This document shows, piece by piece, positions 18,647 to 28,148 of a stretch of DNA of 64,000 bases. Every line of letters starts with the position of its first letter. Positions within the stretch are counted from its first letter, which is position 1. The stretch comes from a virus, in IMG/VR virus record IMGVR_UViG_3300013307_000004, positions 3,781 through 67,780 of that record. One strand, written 5' to 3'. A program made the position numbers and the translations under genes. Below the pieces are notes generated by a model. That model was not told the DNA's origin. It ran no database searches and saw only the letters and a list, made by a program, of their open reading frames with translations.

Positions 18647-20059
18647 TTACTTATTCCCTTCCTTGAGGCAAGTATTCTGGTGACGCTCCAGACCTTTACG
18701 GTACGGAACACCATCAAAACAGCTGCAGGACTTAACTTCCTTCGGCTGGGCATCCGTGGCAATAGCGGGAATTCCATCCGGAACCTTTGAAGTGGCCAGA
18801 ACCTTATAGACACTGCCACCAGAGCTGTTCAGACTCTTGACCATTCCATTGTAGCTATCAACACAGGCCTGTTGGTCAGCAGAACGCTGTGAACGTGGAA
18901 TTGTGAGAAAACTTGCAACTAGAGGACGAATAGCTTTGACGTGACCGATAATAGCGTCATTCGCAGCCTTAAGAGCACTCGCTCCCTTGTTGTCAATACG
19001 CTCGGGTTCGGTACCATCTGCTGCAGTCTCGCCAGGCTCGATTGCGTCTTCAGCACCTTCTCCATCCTTAGCACCTTTTTCCTTGAGCTCTTCAACTTTC
19101 TCATCAGAAGCAGGTTCAGGAGCTTTGTCCCCGATCATATCACCGAGTGCTTTACGATGTCCCATTCTCTCAGCATCGTTCGAAGCATTCATCATCGCAT
19201 CGAGTGCGTCATGAGCTGCTTTGTGCTTAGAGTCGTAAGAGCACATCTTTTCGTCAACAGCAGGATCAGCATCGACCGCTGCACGCTTTGATGGTTTACC
19301 ATTCTTTCCCACACCATTTGTTTCGAGTGTGAGCAAAGTATGGCCAAGTTCAGCCGCATCCTCGTCCGTGGCGTCAGCAACAGCAGACTTAACACCCCGC
19401 CCGAGAATCGAGTCCAGTAGGCTCATATTGCTCCTTTTCTTCTGTTTGATTTCGGGCGGGGCCGAATCCAGAATTGCAATTCGGTCTCCGGCCCTGCCAG
19501 TTTCCACTACTGCTACATGATTCCCTCGGATATAGTACATTCCGATGGTACCATCAGCAAGGCGCTTGAGACGGAGAATGTAACCGCAACTTACGTCACG
19601 AATTCCAGACTCCGGGTCTCCTGTCGGTCTGATCTTTTCGATCAGCTCAGGATTTTTAATGACAAGGTTTCCTACCAACGTAACATTTCCGTCAGGAGTA
19701 TCTTCGCCTTGTCGTATATTTTGAATGTGACCGCAATTAGCTTCAGCGTCGTTATCAACAGTTAGGACGTTTCCTTGCGTTCTGGGGTGAGTGTCTGTTA
19801 CTGTTTTACCTTCGAATGAAGCAATTGTGTCAGGATGTAAGACCTCTTCTTTAGGTCTAAATACTTTGTACTTTAGATCCCTATCAAGACCCCAAGATTC
19901 TGAAAAACCCGGAAATCCTTCAAGTTCCTTTCCAAAATACTCTTGATATCCGCTACGGCAGATGGGTACGTTCTTACAAATGAGATACCCTTCTGGAGTC
20001 ATCTCCATATTCGGACTAAGTATTAGACCATAGAAAAGAGAAACTTGTTCTCTACCCAT
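18647..20059 (-). CDS. Prohead protease/scaffold (DUF2213-like)
   Basis: TPEGYLICKNVPICRSG, SFEGKTVTDTHP, DVSCGY and IRGNHVAVVETGRAG motifs. Confidence 0.9.
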   Translation of the reverse strand: MGREQVSLFYGLILSPNMEMTPEGYLICKNVPICRSGYQEYFGKELEGFPGFSESWGLDRDLKYKVFRPKEEVLHPDTIASFEGKTVTDTHPRTQGNVLTVDNDAEANCGHIQNIRQGEDTPDGNVTLVGNLVIKNPELIEKIRPTGDPESGIRDVSCGYILRLKRLADGTIGMYYIRGNHVAVVETGRAGDRIAILDSAPPEIKQKKRSNMSLLDSILGRGVKSAVADATDEDAAELGHTLLTLETNGVGKNGKPSKRAAVDADPAVDEKMCSYDSKHKAAHDALDAMMNASNDAERMGHRKALGDMIGDKAPEPASDEKVEELKEKGAKDGEGAEDAIEPGETAADGTEPERIDNKGASALKAANDAIIGHVKAIRPLVASFLTIPRSQRSADQQACVDSYNGMVKSLNSSGGSVYKVLATSKVPDGIPAIATDAQPKEVKSCSCFDGVPYRKGLERHQNTCLKEGNK

Positions 20060-20067
20060 GATTTCTC

Positions 20068-20382
20068 CTAGTCTTTTCTAGCAGCAACGGCCCTCCGAGT
20101 CATTTCAGCTTTTCCAAGCTCTTTTCTACCGATCTCATATGCAAGTCCCGCCGGATTCGTGACCCCAGGCTTGTGTGCGAGTTTATGCTCCAGATCACTA
20201 AAAGCAGAATCGCAAACAGAACTACTACTATTACCTTGAGAAGCGATTGCGTACGGGGGACCATAACTAGTCATCTCCATAGGGGAATCGGTAATTGGAA
20301 TGTGATGGGATGAACTATCTTCAGGAGTTGGATCGCATACAGGCCCAGTCGAACAAGCACTATAGCCTCCATTGATCTTCAT
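20068..20382 (-). CDS. Small head-module protein
   Basis: ORF packed between MuF and protease; C-terminal FSDLEHKLAHKPGVTNPAGLAYEIGRK. Confidence 0.6.
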   Translation of the reverse strand: MKINGGYSACSTGPVCDPTPEDSSSHHIPITDSPMEMTSYGPPYAIASQGNSSSSVCDSAFSDLEHKLAHKPGVTNPAGLAYEIGRKELGKAEMTRRAVAARKD

Positions 20383-20580
20383 TTAGCTTCCTCCTTGTCT
20401 TACTGGAAGTTTGGGATCAACCTTAACAGAAGGATCTTGATAAGCTGACAATCCTAGACCAGGAGCCGGGCTTATCACTGCACCCGAATTACCACCTCCA
20501 TGTCCGCCACTCAATTCCATCTTAGAGTCGTGAACATTTTGATGTGGAAATTGACCTAAAACAGTGTTTCCTAAATCCAT
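20383..20580 (-). CDS. Small hypothetical head-module protein
   Basis: Tight gene packing with GGAG RBS. Confidence 0.5.
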   Translation of the reverse strand: MDLGNTVLGQFPHQNVHDSKMELSGGHGGGNSGAVISPAPGLGLSAYQDPSVKVDPKLPVRQGGS

Positions 20581-20590
20581 GTAGTACTCC

Positions 20591-21460
20591 TTAATCCAGA
20601 ATTTCCATTAACTGAGCTTTTGTGAGCTGACCTATAGAGTCATTGTAGTAGACCTTGATTCTGGCGCTACCATTTGAGAATAGATCGTCCACATGTAAAA
20701 CAGGCTCAGGACTACATCTACAACCCGGACAGTGACCCGGTGAGTACCGACCTAAAATAGCCGGTAATCCTATTAAAGCCTCTGGAGAAGGAAGATCCCT
20801 CCAGAACACTAGTACGCCATCAAGCTTCCTGTGTGATGGGCGAACGTGAGAGTCATGACTAGTTGTCCAGATGAAGCACTGAACATCTAAATCTTCAGAT
20901 CTTGCTTCAGTCAGCTCGGAGTTAATCAGATGAGGATTCTGATTAGCAACCATGGCTATGTTTCTAAGAATGTTAGCTTGAAAGCTTCTCCTTAGAATGT
21001 TAAAGACCCCTTGCTCTGTTGCTCCTTGAGATCTAGCATAAGAAGCTTGGCGAGCCAGTCTGTGTGAAATTCGCTCAGGAATGTTTGTAATGGCCTCAGT
21101 AGTAGTATGAATCTGCTGAGTGATAGTTTTTCCGATCGAACCCTTACGTGTTTCATAAAGGTAAGGAAAAATCTGAAGTCCTCCTCGTACGTTTCGTGCA
21201 GTTTCACGCCAGCCATACACGTTGTGTATGTTAACGTTTCGTACAAGAATCATTGACATTCGCTGAGCGGCTTCTTTAAGCTTAGGATCTCTACTAGCAA
21301 AAGAAAGTTCATTAATCCAAGAATCTATTTCTTCGAAACTTGGACATTGACGAATAGACTCTCTTAAAGTTACTGCTAGTGCCTTCCTAAACGAAGCTTC
21401 GAACCGACGCGGAACTAGAAAAGGCGACGTTTTTCGAGAGCGGGTAGTTAAGGTTTCCAT
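20591..21460 (-). CDS. Head morphogenesis protein (MuF/SPP1 gp7-like)
   Basis: FIWTTSHDSHVRPSHRKLDG and PGHCPGCRC motifs. Confidence 0.9.
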   Translation of the reverse strand: METLTTRSRKTSPFLVPRRFEASFRKALAVTLRESIRQCPSFEEIDSWINELSFASRDPKLKEAAQRMSMILVRNVNIHNVYGWRETARNVRGGLQIFPYLYETRKGSIGKTITQQIHTTTEAITNIPERISHRLARQASYARSQGATEQGVFNILRRSFQANILRNIAMVANQNPHLINSELTEARSEDLDVQCFIWTTSHDSHVRPSHRKLDGVLVFWRDLPSPEALIGLPAILGRYSPGHCPGCRCSPEPVLHVDDLFSNGSARIKVYYNDSIGQLTKAQLMEILD

Positions 21461-21857
21461 GCTTCAACCACCTGACAAAGTCTTGCATCGAAAGATCAAC
21501 CATGCTATGGAAGATCTCATTGCTCTTATTGTGGCCTGACATGTAAATAGAAAGAGCTTCTTCTTTTGATTGAAACCCTAGCATCACTTTGTGCTCATCG
21601 AATACGTCGTTCGCGTGAACATGAGTTTGATTCACTACGTAGACTCTTTGAGCTTCAGTACAATCTCCAATGTAGCAATCTATCTCATCTCCATCAGCAC
21701 CGATATAGCCATCAATAAAGCCATAATCTGCAGGACTCTCTCCCTTCCAAGATTTTCCACCTCTCATAGTTCCCTTAGGATACTCAATACAGCAAACTAA
21801 GGGACCCACTCGTTTCTCTGAGACAATTTTCGGAGGAGTTCCGATGGGCAGTTGCAT
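21387..21857 (-). CDS. Inorganic pyrophosphatase-like domain protein
   Basis: IEYPKG, DYGFIDG, GADGDEIDCYIG and FDEHKVMLGF motifs. Confidence 0.8.
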   Translation of the reverse strand: MQLPIGTPPKIVSEKRVGPLVCCIEYPKGTMRGGKSWKGESPADYGFIDGYIGADGDEIDCYIGDCTEAQRVYVVNQTHVHANDVFDEHKVMLGFQSKEEALSIYMSGHNKSNEIFHSMVDLSMQDFVRWLKHGNLNYPLSKNVAFSSSASVRSFV

Positions 21858-21866
21858 TCTTTCCTC

Positions 21867-23570
21867 CTATCTTTTGGGTTTCTTTGTCTCATGTTTCAAC
21901 GAATGCCTCACAGATTGATTGAGAGATTTCGTAGTGGTAGAAGCTGCGGCTCCTGCTCCAGCAGGTTTATCTTTTCCCTGGGTTAGTCTACGACTCTTGT
22001 GCCAAACTAAGCCCTTTACACCAACAGGCTTAGCTTCTACTGGAAGCTGCTCACCTTCTCTTGCTCCCGGTTTTTTTTGATCTGTTTTCTCTCCTACTTC
22101 AACTCCACCTGCTTCGAGGTCATCTCCACCGTCAAGCTCGAATTGCTCTGCCATCATTACTTCAGAAGCATACAGATCCGGAGTAGCAGCTACAGCTTCT
22201 TGAGTGATGTTAAACAGGCCGTGAGTACCAGAACCGTTAGCAAGCTCTGCGCGTGCTTCTTTCTTGGTAAGCAAGTCGGCGTTGTAACCCATAAGAACTG
22301 ATTCAACGGCTGACTTAGCAAGATCATAACGTTCCTTCTCAGTCAGAGCACGAATTGGAGTCCAGTGATAAGCTAGATCCTCAGCAACCTGACCAAAACA
22401 CGACATACAGATTACTGGAAGAAGTTTATCGATGACGGGATTAGCTTCAGAGATTCTCTTTTCCTCTACCATGTTGTCGTAGATTTGAAGAGAAGCTCCT
22501 CCGTTGTTACCCATCTCACCGCCCATACCCTGATTACGACCAAAGATAACTTCGTAAGGGATACCAGTTGCCGCGGCAAGATCTTTCATGAACTCTCTGT
22601 AGACGTCAGAGATTCCACCGAAACCGTATGACTTTCCGTCTAGTTGGCCGTCCTTACCAAGAACAAGAAGACCATTGTTATTCAGCTGCTGAGAGATCAT
22701 TTCCATGCGCTGAATGAACATGTTGTAAGCGTCGTTAGAAGCACCGGCTCCGGACATCATAGTAGCCAGCATCGGTTCTTTGATCGTTAGCACCTGGGCG
22801 CGTGTCAATAATGATACGATGTTCCAGGAACTATAATCACGCTTTTTGAGCTCGTCGAAGATTACTTCTACTTCCGACATTCCCCAGTAGAGTTCGACTT
22901 GGACTTCCCACTGCGGAAGTTCTCTTCCTGTAAACCGGAGGATTCTTGAGTGGTGAACTGTGACATTGCCGGCATCCATGATGCAATTGTAATAGGTCGG
23001 CAACCCGAAAGATTCCGGATCATTAATATCTGAGTTGATCTCGGGACCCGGGATGATACCCGACCACCGGTCAAGCACAATAAGACCTTTGTATGAACCA
23101 ACTTCAACATCATCAAGCTCCAGTGGCTTACGAAGATCGTTGTGTCCTTCGATAGCTATAATGGCACCAGCTCCGCCGAACAGCCTTCCCCACTTAGCTA
23201 GCGAACGAAGTCTAGGAATAGTTCTGGTCTTGAGTAGAACATTTCTGAACAATGAAACTTGCTCAGGCGTAAGATCAAAATCTAGTACAGGAAAAGCTTT
23301 GAATACATCGTTAGCAACTTGATCGATGATTTTACGAACAATCCATGAGCTGCGGTACAGACTCAGTATCAGAGGATACTGCTCTGTGAGTCTAACGATT
23401 GGATAGTTTCCCGTATTTACTAAATTAGGAGTACCATTTCCAGTTCGAGCTGCTACGTTCTGATAGCTGTCAGTCATCACAGGCTGAAGCTGTCTTAAAG
23501 CATCAAGATCTACGGGATCAAAGAGACTATCCGCGATCTTTGCTTTCTTTTTGGTACTAGAACGTGGCAT
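21867..23570 (-). CDS. Portal protein (DUF1073-like)
   Basis: LYRSSWIVRKIIDQVAND, WGRLFGG, HHSRILRF and AAATGIPYEVIFG motifs. Confidence 0.9.
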   Translation of the reverse strand: MPRSSTKKKAKIADSLFDPVDLDALRQLQPVMTDSYQNVAARTGNGTPNLVNTGNYPIVRLTEQYPLILSLYRSSWIVRKIIDQVANDVFKAFPVLDFDLTPEQVSLFRNVLLKTRTIPRLRSLAKWGRLFGGAGAIIAIEGHNDLRKPLELDDVEVGSYKGLIVLDRWSGIIPGPEINSDINDPESFGLPTYYNCIMDAGNVTVHHSRILRFTGRELPQWEVQVELYWGMSEVEVIFDELKKRDYSSWNIVSLLTRAQVLTIKEPMLATMMSGAGASNDAYNMFIQRMEMISQQLNNNGLLVLGKDGQLDGKSYGFGGISDVYREFMKDLAAATGIPYEVIFGRNQGMGGEMGNNGGASLQIYDNMVEEKRISEANPVIDKLLPVICMSCFGQVAEDLAYHWTPIRALTEKERYDLAKSAVESVLMGYNADLLTKKEARAELANGSGTHGLFNITQEAVAATPDLYASEVMMAEQFELDGGDDLEAGGVEVGEKTDQKKPGAREGEQLPVEAKPVGVKGLVWHKSRRLTQGKDKPAGAGAAASTTTKSLNQSVRHSLKHETKKPKR

Positions 23571-24865
23571 TAGGCAGCCTTTCTGATGTCAGCTACTTTC
23601 TGAATATTTAGAATTCTCCACTCAGGATAAAGATACGTGAGCGCGTATCGGTCGGCATCTTGAGTGTGATCGTTTACTTTCAAAGGTCTTTCGGTACCGT
23701 CTTCGGCAGCCTTGACATCCCATGCGTAAAGACCTTTTTCACGTCGCCATTCCTTACAATCTTTACGGACTCTGCGATTTCCGGTTGCTTCAACTTCAGA
23801 GACTCGATGGATTCCGTTGAGAACGTCGTTGTCAGCGTCAACAACGATAAAGCCTCTTTGGATGAGTTCAACCTTGAATGAAGTGGCTGAGGGGTCCACG
23901 ACAAGGATTGGACGCGCTGGAGCAACACGGCGTGACTTCTTAATGAAATCCTCGAGATCGTCAGCATATTCCCTATCCGTTTTCTGTCTCATTTCTTTGA
24001 CAGAATCCCAGTAGTACTCTCTGTCTAGCCAAGTTACTTGTCCATCATCGAAATATTCTAAGAAGACACACGGGTTGTGTGTTCCGTAGTCTATTGCGAT
24101 AATATGCTGAGTAAATCCACCGGAGCCGAATAAACCAGGGGGATGGAATCCATCGTCATACAGAAATTTGTCGTCCCAACTGTCCTTATAGACAGCGCCT
24201 TCAGCCACCACCCATAGTCCAAGGATGTACCTGAGATAATAGACGCCTTTCTGTGAGGCAATGATCTGTCTCTTAGAGATGGGGTCAAGATTCGGGTTGT
24301 CGTCCAGAGTAAAGTGAATGACTTCGAGGTCTGCTGTGAAGTTTTCATTGTGGATGACATCCGTGTACAGGTAGTGTTGAGGAGTACCTGGGTTCGTAGT
24401 GGCATACAGTCTCGATCCCGGAGGAGAGAGACGCATGAATAACTGCTTCGTAAAACTCTGCGGAAATTCAGTCCACTCATCACAGATCGCAATGGCGATC
24501 GTCATACCAAGAATCTGCTTATAAGAAGCTTCGTCCTTGGCTCCGATTACGAACCATTGCGTACCGAAAAGTTCTAATTCCCCCGTAGCTCGGTTGTATG
24601 CATAGTTCTTTTTGCCGACAACCTGAAATAAGTCGAGGAGTATGTTCTTATAGACTGACTGTTTGGTCGCGCCGCAAATAACTCTTTTTCCAGCAACTTT
24701 ATAGAGGCAAAGTTGTGATATGATCTTAGCGTCGACAGCAAAGGTCTTTCCACTACGAACACTTCCTTCTAATAGGGTGTACTTTTTATCCTGGCTCGGG
24801 TGCCGGCGAACAAACTTACTCGCTTTAGCGCCAAACTGTGCGAATACAGGCATAGGAAGAATCAC
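23570..24865 (-). CDS. terL: Terminase large subunit, PBSX family
   Basis: Walker A EGSVRSGKT, Walker B AICDE, TTNP, IDYGTHNP and NDHTQDADRY. Confidence 0.95.
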   Translation of the reverse strand: MILPMPVFAQFGAKASKFVRRHPSQDKKYTLLEGSVRSGKTFAVDAKIISQLCLYKVAGKRVICGATKQSVYKNILLDLFQVVGKKNYAYNRATGELELFGTQWFVIGAKDEASYKQILGMTIAIAICDEWTEFPQSFTKQLFMRLSPPGSRLYATTNPGTPQHYLYTDVIHNENFTADLEVIHFTLDDNPNLDPISKRQIIASQKGVYYLRYILGLWVVAEGAVYKDSWDDKFLYDDGFHPPGLFGSGGFTQHIIAIDYGTHNPCVFLEYFDDGQVTWLDREYYWDSVKEMRQKTDREYADDLEDFIKKSRRVAPARPILVVDPSATSFKVELIQRGFIVVDADNDVLNGIHRVSEVEATGNRRVRKDCKEWRREKGLYAWDVKAAEDGTERPLKVNDHTQDADRYALTYLYPEWRILNIQKVADIRKAA

Positions 24866-24918
24866 GTCCTTGCCGCTGCTTTAGGGTTTCTACTCGATTC
24901 CCGAACAACGGAGGTTAG

Positions 24919-25194
24919 TTACCGCGAAATAGGCGGGATGTATGGGTTTGGATCTTCATCTGGAAATCTCCAGTAAAATCCGTGAACCTGGTTGATAGAG
25001 CCATGCTGACAGCTAGTTCTACGTTCGATCTGACGTCCGTAACCATCTTGCTTGTTTTCGTCAACTGAAACGATTACAAGGTTGACCATGGTTGGACCCC
25101 AGACAGTCGTAACTAGTGCATCACAGGCTGTACCATCAGATTCGTGCCACACAACCGGTTTACCAACTTCCGGTTTGCGTTCCACGTGATTCAT
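24919..25194 (-). CDS. Hypothetical phage protein
   Basis: GGAGG RBS; PEVGKPV...ALVTTVWG...VNLVIV. Confidence 0.65.
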   Translation of the reverse strand: MNHVERKPEVGKPVVWHESDGTACDALVTTVWGPTMVNLVIVSVDENKQDGYGRQIERRTSCQHGSINQVHGFYWRFPDEDPNPYIPPISR

Positions 25195-25212
25195 CCTCCT
25201 TTCGTTAGGATC

Positions 25213-25680
25213 TTAACCGATTCTCCAAGCAGTACCGTCAGAGAATACAGGAACTTTGTTCGTACCGCTGCCGGCAACTACTGAATTGAAAGTAGTAGCA
25301 GTAGCGTCAGTCACCATAGCCCTTGCGCCATCACCCGCAGTAACAGCCGCTGGAAGAGAAGCCACAGTAACAGGAGTCGTCTTGATGTAGGGAACTGTGA
25401 CCGGATTAGCGATGGTAACTACATTAGCAGTAGTAACTCCATCGTCAATAGATGAATTTGCTCCAATCGCATCAGCAGCCGTCGCCTTAGGAATGAATCC
25501 CGCTGTCAGTCCAGTGATCTCACTGCCCGCAGCTACTGTGCTTCCTTTGTACTTCAGTGTAGTGCCGTCGTCGACCAGACCAGAGGCTCCCATAATGCCT
25601 ACGCCCTGCTCTTGGCTAACTACTTTAGGAATAGCGTTATTGGCTGTTGGAAGAGAAGCTGCTAACGTCGAAATAGACAT
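25213..25680 (-). CDS. Hypothetical virion-associated/fibre-like protein
   Basis: AAGGA RBS before MSIST; C-terminal TVASLPAA...VTDA...VPVFSDGTAWRIG. Confidence 0.6.
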   Translation of the reverse strand: MSISTLAASLPTANNAIPKVVSQEQGVGIMGASGLVDDGTTLKYKGSTVAAGSEITGLTAGFIPKATAADAIGANSSIDDGVTTANVVTIANPVTVPYIKTTPVTVASLPAAVTAGDGARAMVTDATATTFNSVVAGSGTNKVPVFSDGTAWRIG

Positions 25681-26052
25681 AATTGATCCTTTCTTTATGC
25701 TGGGCGATGATCGGCAGCACCGCCCAGCCTTTGCGCTTTCGCGCATTGCAACCGTAGCAGGAGGTCTGGTGCACGGTTACACCTTTAAAGTCACCCCGAA
25801 AAATTTTAGATGTTGTACGTGGGCCGGTCTATTCTCCTACGAAAGATCCGGTCAAGCGACCATACATGAACTTCTTTAGTCTCTTCTTCTCCAAACTGGA
25901 AGCGTCCTATTCTCTGGCTGCCAGCCACCGTCCTCACTTGCCTAGTACGGGCGGTATCAACAGCTAAGGCTTTATGGTCTCCACAGAAATGTTGAGAACC
26001 AGCATAATAAAGACCTGGTTGACCACAAAAGCATTTACCAGAAGGAACCATT

Positions 26053-26262
26053 TCAGACTCCGTAAATCTGTTGAAGAAGATCGGCTCTGTTAAGAGCAAA
26101 TTTGATGAATTCAATTCTCGAACTACAACCGACTTTATTGTAGACGTTTTGAAGATGTCTTTTGACGGTTACAATATTTATTCCAAGTTCTTTGGCTATC
26201 TTTGTATCAGACCAGCCAAGTAGAATGTGTCTCGAGATTCTTGCTTCAGCTTTTGTCATCAC
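26053..26262 (-). CDS. LuxR C-terminal-type HTH regulator
   Basis: TKAEARI...GWSDTKIAKELGINIVTVKRHLQNVYNKVGCSSR. Confidence 0.9.
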   Translation of the reverse strand: MMTKAEARISRHILLGWSDTKIAKELGINIVTVKRHLQNVYNKVGCSSRIEFIKFALNRADLLQQIYGV

Positions 26263-26499
26263 AGTAACATTTTGAAGATTATGTCACAACTAATTTGTCA
26301 CGTACCACACAGGCGTCAGCTTCAGTCTCTGGTTTATTAAGAATCTTGCAGCAATCGCAACCAGGTTCGTGGCAGGATGATCCGCTATAATTGTCACCAC
26401 CATGAGTCGTTAGGTCATGAAGGCAAGTAGAACGGTGGCAGTGAAACTGAAGCATATGTTTTCCCTTCACAGTAACATTTTGAAGACTATATCACAACT
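26259..26499 (-). promoter_or_regulatory. Pair of 33-bp direct repeats (26259-26291, 26467-26499), extended -10 promoter-like on the minus strand
   Basis: 31/33 identical; minus strand reads AGTTGTGAYATARTCTTCAAAATGTTACTGTGA. Confidence 0.6.
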
Positions 26500-26743
26500 T
26501 TTAGTTGCTAAGGTCTCTTACCAGGAAAAGCAGGAGGAATTCCTTTCCACTTAGCTAGCAATCCGAGTCTGAACTGTGGAGTTTTGACTTCTGTTTTGGG
26601 TTTCATGGTTTACCTCATCTGGAGTTCGGATTTTGGCCGCCGGAAACCAGGCGGACGGCTAACACATTTCGTTTTGTATACGTTTCGGAATATGTTATTA
26701 TTAATTCATAAGCTAATGAGCAGCAAAAAAGGAGAGTAACGAA

Positions 26744-26812
26744 ATGAAAATGCTAATGCTCGCACTCACGGTCATCGCGTATTTCGTTGCAGTCACTTTG
26801 CACCTGCTCTAA
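26744..26812 (+). CDS. 22-aa hydrophobic peptide
   Basis: AAGGAG RBS; MKMLMLALTVIAYFVAVTLHLL; first ORF after a promoter-like sequence at about 26674-26701. Confidence 0.5.
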   Translation: MKMLMLALTVIAYFVAVTLHLL

Positions 26813-26840
26813 GCTAATTCACACAAGGAGAACATTAACC

Positions 26841-27143
26841 ATGACGACTCAAGTTCAACTCGCAGACGGCAGCATCGTAACCGCCACCATCATCAAGCAG
26901 CCCAAGGCCGTACCAGCCAAGCTCAAGTCCTACCGTATCCTCCCCACCTGCCCTCTCTCGTTCAAGGGCAAGCAACGTCAGGCCACGGCCGACGCTCTCC
27001 GGAGCAAGCCAGAGGAGTTCCTCTCCAGAGAGGCCGTAGCCGAGATAGCAGGCGACAAGCTGAAGACAAAGTTCGCTGCAGCTGAGTCGGCCGGATGGCA
27101 CCTCCACCAGCTCGAGAAGCTTGGATTCGTAGAGTCGAAGTAG
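26841..27143 (+). CDS. Winged-helix-like DNA-binding protein, paralogue 1
   Basis: AAGGAG RBS; YRIL...GKQRQ...SAGWHLHQLEKLGFVE. Confidence 0.7.
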   Translation: MTTQVQLADGSIVTATIIKQPKAVPAKLKSYRILPTCPLSFKGKQRQATADALRSKPEEFLSREAVAEIAGDKLKTKFAAAESAGWHLHQLEKLGFVESK

Positions 27144-27210
27144 CTTGATCGCTCTCCAGAGCTTACGAGCTTTGGAGAGCGCTCACTACGACGCTAAAAG
27201 GAGAATGGAA

Positions 27211-27398
27211 ATGAACTACGTCTACGCAGTCGGAATCCCGGTGATCGCCAGCGTCGTGACGCTGATGGCGATGGCTGTATTCCTTCCTCGGAGGGCAAAG
27301 TGACGATCACCTTTGTACTCGTACCCTCAGTCAACTGGCTGATCTTGCCCTTCGTCGCATTTCTCGCCTACACGCTGTTTAAACGCAGGAGGAAGTAA
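27211..27398 (+). CDS. Two overlapping single-TM peptides (27211-27303, 27300-27398)
   Basis: MNYVYAVGIPVIASVVTLMAMAVFLPRRAK and MTITFVLVPSVNWLILPFVAFLAYTLFKRRRK; RBS and GTGA coupling. Confidence 0.55.
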
Positions 27399-27717
27399 CA
27401 TGCCTAAGCACTACTGTGAAGTGAAGTGGGGTATCTGTCGGATGTATGTCCAGTTCTTCTGGGGCGAAGTTCCTCAGTACGCTAAGGTCTACGATCCTGC
27501 TGAAGCTGTCGGAATGTTTGATGAAATCCGGCAGTGGTCTGAAAACCACGTCGCACCAAACATGGACGGCTACGATGCTGATGAAGATCGTCCCGAACCG
27601 ATTCACGCCGGTAACTAAAGTTTGAGAGGTACACGATTAAAGTTGTGTACTTCTCAAATGAGTTGTTTTATAATGGTATCATAATAGCAGTAAACAACAA
27701 ATCAAGGAGAACACATC

Positions 27718-28113
27718 ATGAAAAACGAAAAGAACAACACGAAGGACAATGGCAACGTAGTCGTTGCAGAAACCCCGAAACCCGCAGTGCAGGCCGCTGC
27801 GACTGAAGTGAAAACGAAGAGCACTCCACCTGCCGAACGTCGGTACCAGTTGATTGCAGCTCCTGCAATCGCTCCTCGCGGCAAACAGCGTCAGATTGTC
27901 ATCAACGCTCTTGCACAGGACAAGGATCGTGAATTCACGATCGATGAAGTTACCGAGTTCGCCACGAAAGCCGGATTGACGGCGAACGCTGGGGTGAAAG
28001 CCTCTTGCATGTGGCATCTTCACCATCTGCAGAAGCTCGGTATCGCGAAGATCGTCAACCCGACGATTACCGTCGAGACTCCGAAGGTCGAAACTGAAGT
28101 CGTAGCGTCGTAA
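27718..28113 (+). CDS. Winged-helix-like DNA-binding protein, paralogue 2
   Basis: AAGGAG RBS; YQLI...GKQRQ...SCMWHLHHLQKLGIAK. Confidence 0.7.
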   Translation: MKNEKNNTKDNGNVVVAETPKPAVQAAATEVKTKSTPPAERRYQLIAAPAIAPRGKQRQIVINALAQDKDREFTIDEVTEFATKAGLTANAGVKASCMWHLHHLQKLGIAKIVNPTITVETPKVETEVVAS

Positions 28114-28119
28114 CCGATG

Positions 28120-28148
28120 GGGAGGGTCGAAAGGCCCTCCCTTTCCTT
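28120..28148 (+). terminator. Terminator-like GAAA-tetraloop hairpin
   Basis: GGGAGGGTC-GAAA-GGCCCTCCC followed by a pyrimidine run. Confidence 0.65.

Noticed and set aside
21867-23570. Anti-CBASS Acb1 call for the DUF1073 protein
   Set aside because: It sits directly after TerL and reads as a portal; I see no HxT/HxT 2H-phosphoesterase domain
25681-25800. c-di-GMP-I riboswitch
   Set aside because: A GAAA tetraloop and GCAAAG are present, but the conserved junction and receptor stem pattern is not
318-25879. Plus-strand ORFs antisense to structural genes (for example 5525-5866, 16488-16895, 25397-25879)
   Set aside because: Shadow frames of well-supported minus-strand genes, with no recognisable protein motifs
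26841-28113. Z-alpha (Z-DNA-binding) identity for the winged-helix paralogues
   Set aside because: The NxxLY helix motif and the wing Trp of Z-alpha domains are absent
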